A stretch of 63,791 nt of DNA, counting the filler, from Phoronis australis (Eukaryota > Animalia > Phoronida): NCBI GenBank assembly GCA_002633005.1. It is 7 parts of 7 records of this genome, joined end to end, with 100 filler letters (N's around TTAATTAATTAA, not from the genome) between each part and the next. Parts side by side here need not be neighbours in the genome. Positions count along the whole stretch, not along the records: positions 44,945 to 56,184 come from NMRA01001708.1; positions 56,285 to 58,879 come from NMRA01003578.1; positions 58,980 to 61,782 come from NMRA01003412.1; positions 61,883 to 63,791 come from NMRA01000942.1; 3 more parts are not named here. One strand, 5' to 3'. This document shows positions 52,510 to 63,791 of the stretch, piece by piece. Position numbers and translations under genes: made by a program. Within the stretch, counting starts at the first letter, position 1; each line of letters starts with the position of its first letter. The notes beneath the pieces were generated by a model, which saw only the letters and a list, made by a program, of their open reading frames with translations, was not told where the DNA came from and ran no database searches.

Positions 52510-53208
52510 GGCAATAGTCGGATATAATGGACCCTAACTTATTTCAAATAAATCCACCAAATGTAGGTCTAAATGAATGATTTTGGTATCCTTGCATTCC
52601 CCAGACATCTGGCTATCCGTGCAAATCCTTTTCCCAACCTCAATTACTCTAGTCTATAACTGCGCTATTTCGAACTCGGTCCACTTTAGCCACGCGCATC
52701 GTGAAATCCGCAGCTATTTCAGGGAACTTACTATATCTAACGCCATGTACCGGCGATTTGCTACAACACGCGCTGTTCCTTTTTCATCAGTCAACGTCAT
52801 TGGTCGATTTCGTCAATTATTAACGTCATCGTTATTAATCATCGTACGTCTGCTCTCGTCATCACCTTTGTCGTCTCTCTCACGATCGTATCTGTCATCG
52901 TCATGTTATCTCGTCCATGTTGACTGATGAAAAAGGAACAGCTTGTGTTGTAGCAAATCGCCGATAGATGGCGCTAGATATAGTAGGTTCCGACCTGAAA
53001 TGGCTGCCGATTTCATGATGCGCGTGGCTAAAGTGGACCAAGTTCGGAATGGTGTAGTTATAGACTAGAATAATTGAGGGCCGTGAAAAGAATTTGTACA
53101 GATAGCCAGATGTCTGAGGAATGCAACGATACCAAAATCATTCATTTAGACCTACATTTAGTGGATTTATTTGGAATAAGTTAAGGTCCATTATATCCGA
53201 CTAGTGCC
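52510..53208. mobile_element. 699-bp foldback DNA element with ~290-bp TIRs and 8-bp TSD, nested in the TRIM
   Basis: Arms 52510-52795 and 52919-53208 are reverse complements. Termini GGCA..TGCC. TSD aacacaag / aacgcaag. Confidence 0.9.
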
Positions 53209-53344
53209 AACGCAAGGTAGTCTCTCATACACAGGTCCTTGACTCCTGCAACCTTCCATGCGCGCCGTCCGAGGGTACTAGTTGGCAGTGCTTCATCGAT
53301 AGATCATCCGTTTGCCGACCACGCCATTTGTTAATAGCCGAGAT

Positions 53345-53415
53345 TACCAGACCCGGGCATCGAACCAGCGACCCCCATAAAACCGGCAAGGGTGCTAACC
53401 ATTCAGCTAATAGGC
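53345..53415 (-). other. tRNA-like Pol III promoter segment within the LTR (not a functional tRNA)
   Basis: GCCTATTAGCTGAATGGTTAGCACCCTTGCCGGTTTTATGGGGGTCGCTGGTTCGATGCCCGGGTCTGGTA: A-box TAGCTGAATGG and B-box GGTTCGATGCC at tRNA spacing; stems imperfect. Confidence 0.7.
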
Positions 53416-54339
53416 AATTGCCAGTTAGCGAGTGGCTAACAGAGGCTCATGTGATTCACCGAAAGCACGTCTACAACACTTCCAACTCGAACAAATACCC
53501 TCGTAATCAAACTTTTTCTTCGAGCAATCCAGGCAACAGTCAGTGGCTCGAAAGTACCACTGTTTCAACTGGCCCCATGCTGTAGAGACTGTGGTCATCC
53601 CATTAGCCCTCCATACGCCTGAAGCCCTTCAGCGAATTATGCCTCACACTGATTAAATTTAAACCATACCCATGACGGCGTTTTCCCGTTCAGTGATCTT
53701 ACCAGACATATGGGGTTGTGAGCGTGTGATAACATCTAGCTTCTTTGTTAACTGCCAAGCAGTCTTTTGTCTGTTATGACGACAGGCAGGCTAGTTATCT
53801 ACCAGACTTATCACAGACCACATGTCAGTGAACACCGTCAAACCCAGAGTGAATTCTGTATATTTGGAAAGAATAGATTATTGTAACTTCGGTTGCAGTT
53901 GGGCGATTTTGGCGATTCAAAAACTAAACATGATCATCATTTGACGACGATTGGAGAAATGCTATTGGTTTATGTTCATATATGCTATAACTTAACTTTT
54001 ATTTTTAACAGCACAGCCCAGTCAGGCTAGATACGATCTTTTTTGAAGATTAGAGCAATTATCGAACAAAAGAGAGCTGGTCCTCCAACCATGAATGCCA
54101 GAATGGAGTTAATCAGTCGTGTAAGATATTGGCTACAGGGGTAAACTTCCCAACTTGTTGTTGAGATAAAGAATTGAACAAGTTAGGAGCAACGGAAGAA
54201 CGCTGTAATGTTTCGCGGCATAGAGCCATAGAGGGACAGGAGGCTTAGAAGGCTGTTGAATGTCTTCAACTCTTCCCAGCAGGAGCAAAAACTCCCACAG
54301 TCGAGCTTTCTTTTCAAACAGTCCTTTGTTAAGTTGCCC

Positions 54340-54440
54340 AGGCAAGTCTGCAGCTCTAACAAAGCCAATCATCATATCAATTGCTTAATAACATGAACGA
54401 ACTTTTCTGCGAAACTGTTGGCCTGCTGGTGACCCGGAGA
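54340..54440 (-). pseudogene. Possible decayed Gypsy-type integrase fragment
   Basis: SPGHQQANSFAEKFVHVIKQLI then LALLELQT resembles the integrase motif SP.HPQ.NG.AER.V..IK..L...LALLE.R.TP; short and bounded by stops. Confidence 0.3.
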
Positions 54441-55153
54441 AAGTCACGCCAACCAAGGTGATCTGACTGTAGGCCCAGGGCTTAGATTCGCATTTGCTTC
54501 CCTATTCTATCTCCCTCCAACAGCGTCCAGGACTTTGCCAGAGCTTTCGTTTCCCCATGCAGCAGTCTTCATTCTCCACAACCACTGTGACGAAAAGAGA
54601 CCAACAAATTTTTTCCATAGCCCTAAATGATAAATTTCAGGGAAACTTCTCAAGCCCATGAGCAGTCTAAGTGCCTATTTCGCCCAAGAGGGGGTGTTAA
54701 ATGCTATGTAGTAAGAACTAATAATCACTCAGCCTGATTTGCACAAAATGGGGATGAACAACTTGACTCTATGATTGAATTTCTGAACACATACTGATGA
54801 TGGCAACCATGGTGTTGGCTCAGTGATTTTCGTGATTATGCCAAACCTTTCCATCTATAGTTACGTGCTCTCTGTTAGCAGCTGAAACTGATCTGGGACA
54901 GGGAGTGGTAGGAATCATAGTCTAATTTTATTCCTCTATCCACTTCGATTTAGGGTTGGCATTGGGTTTTTATGTCCCAAAATTAAAATGGAAAAATAAA
55001 GCCTGGATGTTTTCAAGCCTTGCATTTTGTTATAACCTGACAAGAAACAGTGATTACCCTCACTATGTGACCTAGTGACTGGAATGTGGATAGAACAGGT
55101 CCAGCAGACCATAAGCTAGGATTATACTATTGAGCACTGACATTACTCTCAGT

Positions 55154-55312
55154 CAGGGGCGGATCCAGGATTTTGAGTTGGGGGGGCAGGCCAAGGCAGG
55201 GTATTAGCCAGGATTTTGCCCGTTAGAAATTCGCACCCCCGTACTGCCAAATGGAATCAAGGAGAATTTTAAGGGGGGATGGCCCCCTTACCCCCCCTTA
55301 AATCCGCCACTG
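55154..55312. mobile_element. Complete MITE copy with near-perfect 5-bp TSD
   Basis: tcagt|caggggcggatccagg...ttaaatccgccactg|tcagc. Confidence 0.85.
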
Positions 55313-58300
55313 TCAGCCATAAGACATTCATATTGAATATGCCTGTGCAGAATCAAATTGTCATGATGTCCTAAAATGTCACAGCTTTAAAATTGTGACA
55401 ATTTGGGTTAGTGCTGCAGACCCAACTTGTAAACATTTGCCCAAGTTGTCACAACATATATTTGAAATGATTTTAATATCACGCCAATAAAAATCGTTAT
55501 AATGGATTGTCGTGTGCAGATGGTTTGGAACACAGACGTTAGTTTCAGGGACGTAATGCCTTACTTATGGCATTGATTGCTTTATATTGAAATTACTGTT
55601 TTGCCGCTTCTTCCATGGTCAGTGACATAAAGCATGTTTTACTGCCATCTTTTAATATCCATCAATAAGGCATATTAGAACAAGGTTTTCTCTAGAACAG
55701 TTTCGAGCCTGTGATTGATATACATTTTTCATATAAATGGCTGACAGCTGAACTAGTTATTAGTAGCCTACATCAACTTTGTACATTAATGATTTTACAT
55801 TTAATTTTTTAGGTTGTCGGGGAAAGAAGACTCGTTGCTGGTAATTATGTCTCTTAGATGTTCATTATTCTATTAACTTACCATGCACTTTACTTTCAAT
55901 GGTGAAACAAGAAAAACCATGGTTAAAATTTACTGCATTTACACAACTCAGTGAGGAAGTCAGGAATGAGGTATGTACCCTATCAACCCATCTTGCCACA
56001 ACTATCACTTGTTCCTCTGCAGTCCATTTCGTCATTTTCGTGATGCCAAAAGGTGCAAATGTATCGCTCATTATAAAAACCTCCCATTTGGTTTTGAATG
56101 CTCGTGCCCTTTCCAAATCGAGACTAAATCCAGATATTATTCTAGTACATTGTTAAGGACATATAATACCAGGGTTCAGAGAGTNNNNNNNNNNNNNNNN
56201 NNNNNNNNNNNNNNNNNNNNNNNNNNNNTTAATTAATTAANNNNNNNNNNNNNNNNNNNNNNNNNNNNNNNNNNNNNNNNNNNNTGCAAAGTATCAACTT
56301 AATTGATGAAAGTGCCTCCGCCAACATTTTGCAATTTTGCAGGTTTTCTCAGATAATGCCGCTTAAATACATCGAATGCCACTTAAGGCCGGTGTCTCTC
56401 CATGCGTAGAAGCGCAGAAGTATTTATAGCAACGTGATTGATGTTTTAGTCATAATTTTCCGAACAGATTGGCCGGCAAATTACTGCGTCGTGAATGGTT
56501 CACCAGATTTATTCACTTTCCTTTCAATTATCTGTTAAACTTTTGTCACACTAACAAGCACTGGTCAGGGAGTTCTTCATTTTTCTTGGATAGGTCATAG
56601 GCATTATCGGTGGTGCTGATTGCCATACTTCTAGTCTGCCTGGCCACCGTGTGACTTTGGAAAAGACGATAAAGGTCTGACCAATTAGAGTAAATGAAAT
56701 TACCGTCTCGCCATCTTAATCGAAGTCAAACAGGTGAAATCTTCCTACGTAAGCGAAAAGCTACCTATAATTTAATTAACCAATGAAATCCGTTTGAAAC
56801 AAATTTTAATGTAAATTTCGTTCCGAGATGTAAATTCTGTTTTCAAAAGCAGTATTTCCCGGTTTTCTGATTTTCTAACGTTGATATACATTGAAAGTAA
56901 ATCTTTTAGCGTTTTTGGTTTCAACACAAAGCGTCATACTCCAACTTTTACACGTACGTTTCATAATGAAATAACAAAAAATTCGAGATTACCGACACCA
57001 CTATTGAGCAACATTCATTTCAGTTTTAAAGATGCCTCATGAGAATGTGCAAAATACCGCGATTACTCTCATTGGAATAAGGTTATGTTGTTTGAGATTA
57101 GTGAAATAGGTTAAGTTCATGTGAGGAATCTGAGACAATCTCAGAATTGCAGTTTGGATTAAGCCTCGAGTAATCACTTGGCTTGGAGTTTCCTATTGTT
57201 AATGTGATGATTTTATGAATGTTTACGTCGCATGTCGTTATTTAATGCCAAAAAAGCAAAAAAGTGAGGTAAAATAATGAGATTTATGGCACTCTGACAT
57301 AAATCCTATTATTTGGGCAAATACCATTATTGAGCCCTTCATGCTTCATATCCAACTCCTGGTTAGTTCCTACCAAGTCCGATGGTTGCGCTGTTTGTTC
57401 TTTCTCTCCACCTTTCTGTTGGCCCAGCCTCAAGCAACAGTACATTCACTCGTAAGTTTTCCTAATTAGACAAGTTTATAACTAGTAGACTCCTTCCCGT
57501 TCGTCGTTAATTGTCCTGGACAAACGATACTTCCCTTATTTATTATTTGTAGCCACAGATGGCTTTTCTAACGGCCGATTTCTTTCGATTTTAATGATCC
57601 CTCAAACCCAAACCAATTCCTCGCCATTTCACCACTTCCCTGGGTATAAGTGGGATATCGTGTGACAATCGCCGTCTGCTTTGGGGATGAGACCCGGCGG
57701 CGAGGNNNNNNNNNNNNNNNNNNNNNNNNNNNNNNNNNNNNNNNNNNNNNNNNNNNNNNNNNNNNNNNNNNNNNNNNNNNNNNNNNNNNNNNNNNNNNNN
57801 NNNNNNNNNNNNNNNNNNNNNNNNNNNNNNNNNNNNNNNNNNNNNNNNNNNNNNNNNNNNNNNNNNNNNNNNNNNNNNNNNNNNNNNNNNNNNNNNNNNN
57901 NNNNNNNNNNNNNNNNNNNNNNNNNNNNNNNNNNNNNNNNNNNNNNNNNNNNNNNNNNNNNNNNNNNNNNNNNNNNNNNNNNNNNNNNNNNNNNNNNNNN
58001 NNNNNNNNNNNNNNNNNNNNNNNNNNNAGCGCGTGACAGAGGGAAGCGCGTGACGATAGTGCGTGACACTAGCTATTTTAAGCCTTGAACAAGGAGTGAA
58101 GCACAGTTGGGGTCTGGATACCCATGTAGAACGAGCTTGAATGCCAGCGGTTTGACAAGTGTGTGACCTCGGCTCCAGACGTACTTATGGTTTGGGTACA
58201 TGGCGGATACTGGAATTACATAACACTGGAGTTGGTACTATTCCAACAGGACTGGAGGTATTATGGATGTAAACAGATGGGATCTACAATGGTTAAGACC

Positions 58301-61300
58301 TAGATGGGAATCTATCCCATATCGCCTTGAAGCCTGGTGCGGTAAAGCTCGAAAGTGCCGCGTCTAACACATGGGAGTGTCCTCATATAGCGCGCAACCA
58401 CTTTGGTGGGTAAAGTAATAGTAATGAAATTTAGGTACTAAGTAAAACAAAACAATAATAAAAAGTAATAATAAAAAAACAAAAAAGTAATAATAATAAA
58501 AAAGTCAAAAATAATTATAATTATAATAAATAATAATAATAATAAAAAAAAAACCTTTGGATGTCACTGTTGACATTTTATTCGACTTTCCATGAAAGAT
58601 ACGCAGATACTGTACTCACCCTTGGATATGTTGTTTGTTAGGCCTTTTCAAGTACTTCGTCACCGGCCCTAACCCTACCATGTTTATCTACGCTTTTGAT
58701 TGGCATACTTCCTTCTGAACAACACTTAAAAAAGATATAAAAAAAAAAATAAAAAAAACTAAAAAAAACAACATATAATACAACTAATAAACAAACTAAA
58801 ACATACACTAAAACTTTCCTACAAATTAAATAAATAATAATTGAAAAATAAACTAATAAAATAAAAATAATAACAACAANNNNNNNNNNNNNNNNNNNNN
58901 NNNNNNNNNNNNNNNNNNNNNNNTTAATTAATTAANNNNNNNNNNNNNNNNNNNNNNNNNNNNNNNNNNNNNNNNNNNNATTTTTGTGTAAGCATCAATC
59001 ATCGCAACTCTGTGTTTGAATGATTAAGATTACCAGCGTAGTGACATTGTTTATATCCCGTTCACAGCACAGAAGTTGTCACAGGTGCCCTTTGTTCTGG
59101 CACAAGTTTCAGTGTAAATGAGAGATGCTCCGGATCATCATAAGGGGAACACCTTGATATCGATATTACTACTTGGTCAGGAAGTTGTGTGAGTTGTAAC
59201 TAGTTGTCCTATAAACGCAGCGGGGACGCAAACCGGGCAAATTGCTTCGGGATCAACTTGCAACGTAACCGACAGGAAATCGTGATGCAAATGGTGCACT
59301 GGATGTTTTCCACATTTAATTTGACATCAGTGAAATAAATATTAATCGAGCTACGGCATCTCTTTTTTAGTTTCGTACATTAGCATTAAAAAATCCATTA
59401 AAATAATTTGTTACAAAAATAATAAATCGGCAATCATCAGGTTTTACTTCAATATTTTCATGACGTTGAGGAAGTTTTACAACATTTGATTGCTATATTT
59501 TCATATCAACCACATTTTCAGGCTGATCGATAATAGCTTTAATCTAATTTAAAGGGGCACAATCGGCGAAATAAGAGCTTTTTAGATCATCACTAAGACG
59601 GATTCGAACAGTGGTGCGACCTCAGCAGTCACAGTCAGACGCTTTGCTAGCGTTGGTAAACCCCACTTGAAAAGTGTCCGAGTATATCATGAATAAACTA
59701 ACCGACCCAGATTTCAGCGAATGAATGGCAGCCAACAGCGACATAGCGATTTGTAGTAAAATCACCCAAAACGCAACGGATTTTGTTGTTTAATAACTTT
59801 GGTCAAAGCTGATAACTTCAAGAATTCTATCCCATCCAACAGTAAGCATGTTTTTCGGCCTTAAAACCGATTTTGTCCCGTGAAGCCGATATAAACCCAC
59901 GTTCTCGTTCAGTCCTAGAAGCGAACTTTTAATTTAGATTAGGCCTACTTCCCGCCATAAATTTGGTCTCCTACTCAGATGAGAAGTGATTTCTGGTTTT
60001 TTTAAAGAGCTGACGGTTCGTTATACTTTGAGACCATTCTTAGTGCATATAATGACACGCCGTGACAAAATAACTTGTACAGCCTGGTCCAAAGCAAAAA
60101 CAAACTCACAGTTCTTTTGAAGCTTCGAAATCGCCTCCAATACGACTCTGAAAAATTTTCACGACATTGATATAATAATGGTAAGTGGTCAATCAAAAGA
60201 AAGTTTGTGTGGTGGAAGGCGGGATTACAGACATTTTAAAGTAACACTTATATTCATAATATCTCGTTGATTAGTTTTAGAGTGAAACCGACCAAAACTT
60301 GAAGTTTACTTCGCCGGAACTATTTTGCGAACAACACGTTATATTTCAACATCCATAAGTAATACTGCACTGCCCCCTTTCAGGCGTCACGAAGATTACT
60401 GCGGTGTCTTCTGCAGGGATAATGTTGAATCCCTTATGCACAAACAAGCATGCGGCAGAGGGCCTCTGCGTGTCTATCAAGAAACAGAAGACAGGTTGTT
60501 TGCCAAATCCTCTCGTAAGTACAGGAATGTTTATGATGCTTTGGCACTTCTTATTTTTGATTTGTTGAGTCGAAAGAATGACAGCTGTACATTAAACGAA
60601 CAGGAACACTTAGCGGAAGTTTGGCTAAAATTCAACATTACTATAACAGATAGGCTACAGCCGCCACTCATACATGATAAAAACACACAATACTGAAAAG
60701 TTTAGATCTGACTGCATAACTAATTCATGGGTTTTTTTCAGTTGATCTCAGCAGACCTCTCGATCTTTCTGCGTCATCTCTTAACATGTGGAAACACCTC
60801 GGTCAGCCATCACTGCTGGGCTACTCGGCGCGGCAGTACTTTCCGTGGTACGGAGGCCTACAGGCGACAACCACGCCGCTAAATGTACCTAGTTTTACCC
60901 TACACCCGATGCTTGCAGTAGGGCGCCGCCTGGCGTACGGAAGCCTAACCGAAACCAATCCCGTGTCGACGTTATCCCGGTTCAACTCATTTCTTCAAAC
61001 GTCTTCACATTCACTCGTATGTAAAAATGAAGAAGATGAGTGAAACAGGCCAAGGTGAATAGTATCTAATAATTATACGTTCCTGGGTGACTCGCCTGAT
61101 TTAAAAGCGAAGTGCAATCACTGGTAGGTCTAAGATCGGATGCCGTGAGCGGAGGGTAAAAGTTCGCGGGTACCCCTAAAACGCCATGTCGTGTTATCGG
61201 GGAGGGGCTGCCCTCTCTTCCTTGTCGCCCATCCGCCCTTGATATCACCAACAAGCTCTTGTTACTCTTTTCGCGAAATTGTATTCTTGGGTAGATTATG

Positions 61301-61625
61301 GGGAAAATATACACATACGTAGTTTTTGGCTCAAATAGCAATACCGTGACTACGAGAACATTTTATGCTACACAGGGGAATTAGCACTGAACCATCGAAG
61401 TTTTGAGTATTTCTCTAGATCTTGGCCTACAAGCAAATACCGTAATAGGGCCGTCACGGATTACACAGCGGCACTCGAATCTTGCTGTATTTACCCACAA
61501 TGCTGTAAACATCCGTCAGGCACATTTGCTGCCTCATTTTCGTATCACTGGATTTTCACATTTCATTTGTTGATGTCTGGTTGTTTACAGTTTTTCTCAG
61601 TTGCATTACTGTATTCGTTCTTCCA

Positions 61626-61782
61626 ATGCCAACGAAGTATTACTGCTGTGCTGTGGGCTGCAACTCCGGCGTGAAAAAGTTTGATAAACTGGACAAATAC
61701 TCATGGATGCTTGATTTGAAATTCTTCGCTTTCCCGACATCAATGACAGACACGAAAATGTGCTTGGTTTCCAAACCGAGGT
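61626..61782 (+). CDS. N-terminal THAP domain fragment, truncated by the contig linker (probably transposon-derived)
   Basis: MPTKYYCCAVGCNSGVKKFDKLDKYSWMLDLKFFAFPT: M-P..CC.VGC.. and F..FP THAP motifs. Confidence 0.65.
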
Positions 61783-63791
61783 NNNNNNNNNNNNNNNNNN
61801 NNNNNNNNNNNNNNNNNNNNNNNNNNTTAATTAATTAANNNNNNNNNNNNNNNNNNNNNNNNNNNNNNNNNNNNNNNNNNNNAGTACAGTGGCTGGACCT
61901 GTAAATACTCTGGCTGATCTGCTAAATCCAGTGGGGGCATTATTGTGTCAGCACAGCTGTGTAGGGATGTAGGCTTGTGTGTTGTCGCAAGCTTTGTTTG
62001 CACCAGAACTGCTTGTGTGAACAGCACAAAACTAAAATTTATCTAGACTGAATTTTTGTCCAGGCACGGATCATGATCCTGGGTCACATGGTAATGGTAC
62101 ATTGTTCATTTTGTTTAGCTACTGGATTTTTTGGTCTGACAGAATTTCTCAGTGTAGCCATCACATTTAGATGATTTCTGACCACTGTACTGTTCCTTTT
62201 CCTTGAAGATGCGTAGTTGATCTGAATTTATGTTTCCTCATTTTATTTACCAATATAGATTTTTGTTTGTAAATGGGTATATATTGCTGAAATTTGAGCC
62301 CCTGTTGCAGTTAGGCTGGTTTTGTTAACTTATCTTTGTGCTTGGGTTGTAAACCTTCTGTCCATGAGTTTTGATTTAGACCATTTACTTTAAAAATTTA
62401 CAAACTTGGCTCAGTTTGTTCCTTATTCAGATGGGAAGTGATTTCTGGAATTGTAGCGAATTGGCAGTTTGCTATTCCTTGAGACCATGCTGTGTGTATA
62501 AAATCACACACTATTAGACTGTTCTCTAGCAATTGCATATTGCCAGATCTTTCAAAGTTCTGAAATTGCTCAAAAGTGACCTGGAAGTAATACCTATTTC
62601 ATGATGGTAAACTGTCTAAATCCAAAGTTGTTTGATGTGATTTTAGGCGACTTTATGTCTACTTCAAATGATTTTTGTTGCAGTACTGAAAAGTATTGGC
62701 ACATTAGGTCTGGTGGCTCCTTATTTTTTTTGGCGAATTGACCATTTTATGGTTACAGTTCCCATGGGTAATTTTGTTACTGGTCTAGTATGTATGTACA
62801 ACTGTAATCGTAGGGCAATTGTAATGCAAACCATGTTGCAAAAGTATTTTGTTCATGACCATTTCATTGTAAAATGCTGCCTAATTGGAACCCACAAGCC
62901 AATTTTTCATTTTGTGGTGGTTGGTTTTGATAAGAACATTGATGTGGTGAATACAGCTACCTCAAGTTTGTGAAGAAGAGATTTCCAGTGTTGTCAGAGA
63001 TATTGTGAAATCACTTTTTTCGCAATGAGACTACATCACCTTAAATGTAATTCCCTGACTTTATGGGCTTTGTGTGGTTGACACTGTCCTGTAGCAATTG
63101 GAGTGTTGAAAAAATCTAGAAGGCAATTTTTTATGAGAGTCATAACATTTGCACTTTTGACTGTACAGTTATCTTTGCATTGTATTAGGAAAACATATTT
63201 TGTAGTACACAAGTCTCTGGTTGGTATTTTATATTTTTTCACAATCAATATTTTCAACTTAGATGACTTGTCTGTGAGGTAGGCAATTTTCAAATAAGAT
63301 AATGAATAAAATTGTTAAACATTGTTTTATTTTTTGGATTGTGATCTTCCAATAAGTGATTACTTATAAAAAGCTGTGCCGAATTTGATTTTTACTCTTC
63401 ATTTAAAGGAAAATAAATCCATAAACCTGCATTGTCTAGAAATTTTACTCAAACTACATATTACAGGGTTGGGGATTGGAATCTTAATACAACAGAGTCT
63501 GAACCCGTACCATGAGCAATACAACACAATACACGGATATAAAAATCTGGTGTTTAGGTTCCACGGAAAGGATTCGTGTGCGCGGTAATAGTTACTAAGG
63601 TGCGTGGTCATTGTTTGTGGATACTTTGGGATTCCTCTTCTGTGGTCATCCACGGGAAACCTGGTCGCATAGAGAACAATAGATTAGCATCTTCATTGTT
63701 TCCGTTGTTATAATAAAGATATAATGACGAGCACTTATCGGCAACGGTCTGATGTACGCAAGGTTCTATATCCATGCGACCTGTGTTGTTA

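Larger units (their letters stand above)
52259..53478 (-). mobile_element. TRIM-type non-autonomous LTR retrotransposon with tRNA-derived LTRs
   Basis: Direct repeats 52259-52381 and 53329-53478 bounded by TG..CA. PBS TGGCGTGGTCGGCA (53326-53313). PPT AGGAAAGGGGGGAA (52395-52382). Flanks gttc/cttc. Confidence 0.8.

Noticed and set aside
53345-53415. Functional tRNA gene
   Set aside because: Acceptor and anticodon stems do not pair properly and the segment lies in an LTR; recorded as tRNA-derived instead.
60325-60696. 123-aa ORF with a candidate acceptor at ~60383
   Set aside because: No recognisable family; cannot be distinguished from chance or TE-derived sequence without a search.

Overview
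AT-rich, intron-containing, repeat-dense animal genomic DNA, most likely from a marine invertebrate; the species cannot be determined from the sequence alone. Six 100-bp spacers (N44-TTAATTAATTAA-N44) look like artificial contig linkers, so adjacency across them is unreliable. Host genes I could reconstruct by splicing: (i) an EGF + calcium-binding EGF exon (minus strand); (ii) a complete 4-exon gene for a secreted 136-aa two-domain Kazal-type protein, with a GC-AG intron, an EGSGSGD linker and a minisatellite built from its own splice donor; (iii) the last three exons of a VMO1-like (beta-prism I) gene. The rest is satellites and mobile DNA: a (GGAGGCCAGT)n array with an embedded ~196-bp satellite, a multi-level nest of transposons, L1/Tx1 and RTEX-like LINE fragments, THAP and YqaJ-exonuclease remnants, and a MITE family with apparent 5-bp TSDs. 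The most striking element is a tiny non-autonomous LTR retrotransposon (TRIM) with tRNA-derived LTRs, a tRNA-Ser PBS and a PPT, into which a 700-bp foldback element has inserted. No prokaryotic genes, CRISPR arrays or rRNA were seen. Most ORFs in the supplied track are spurious.
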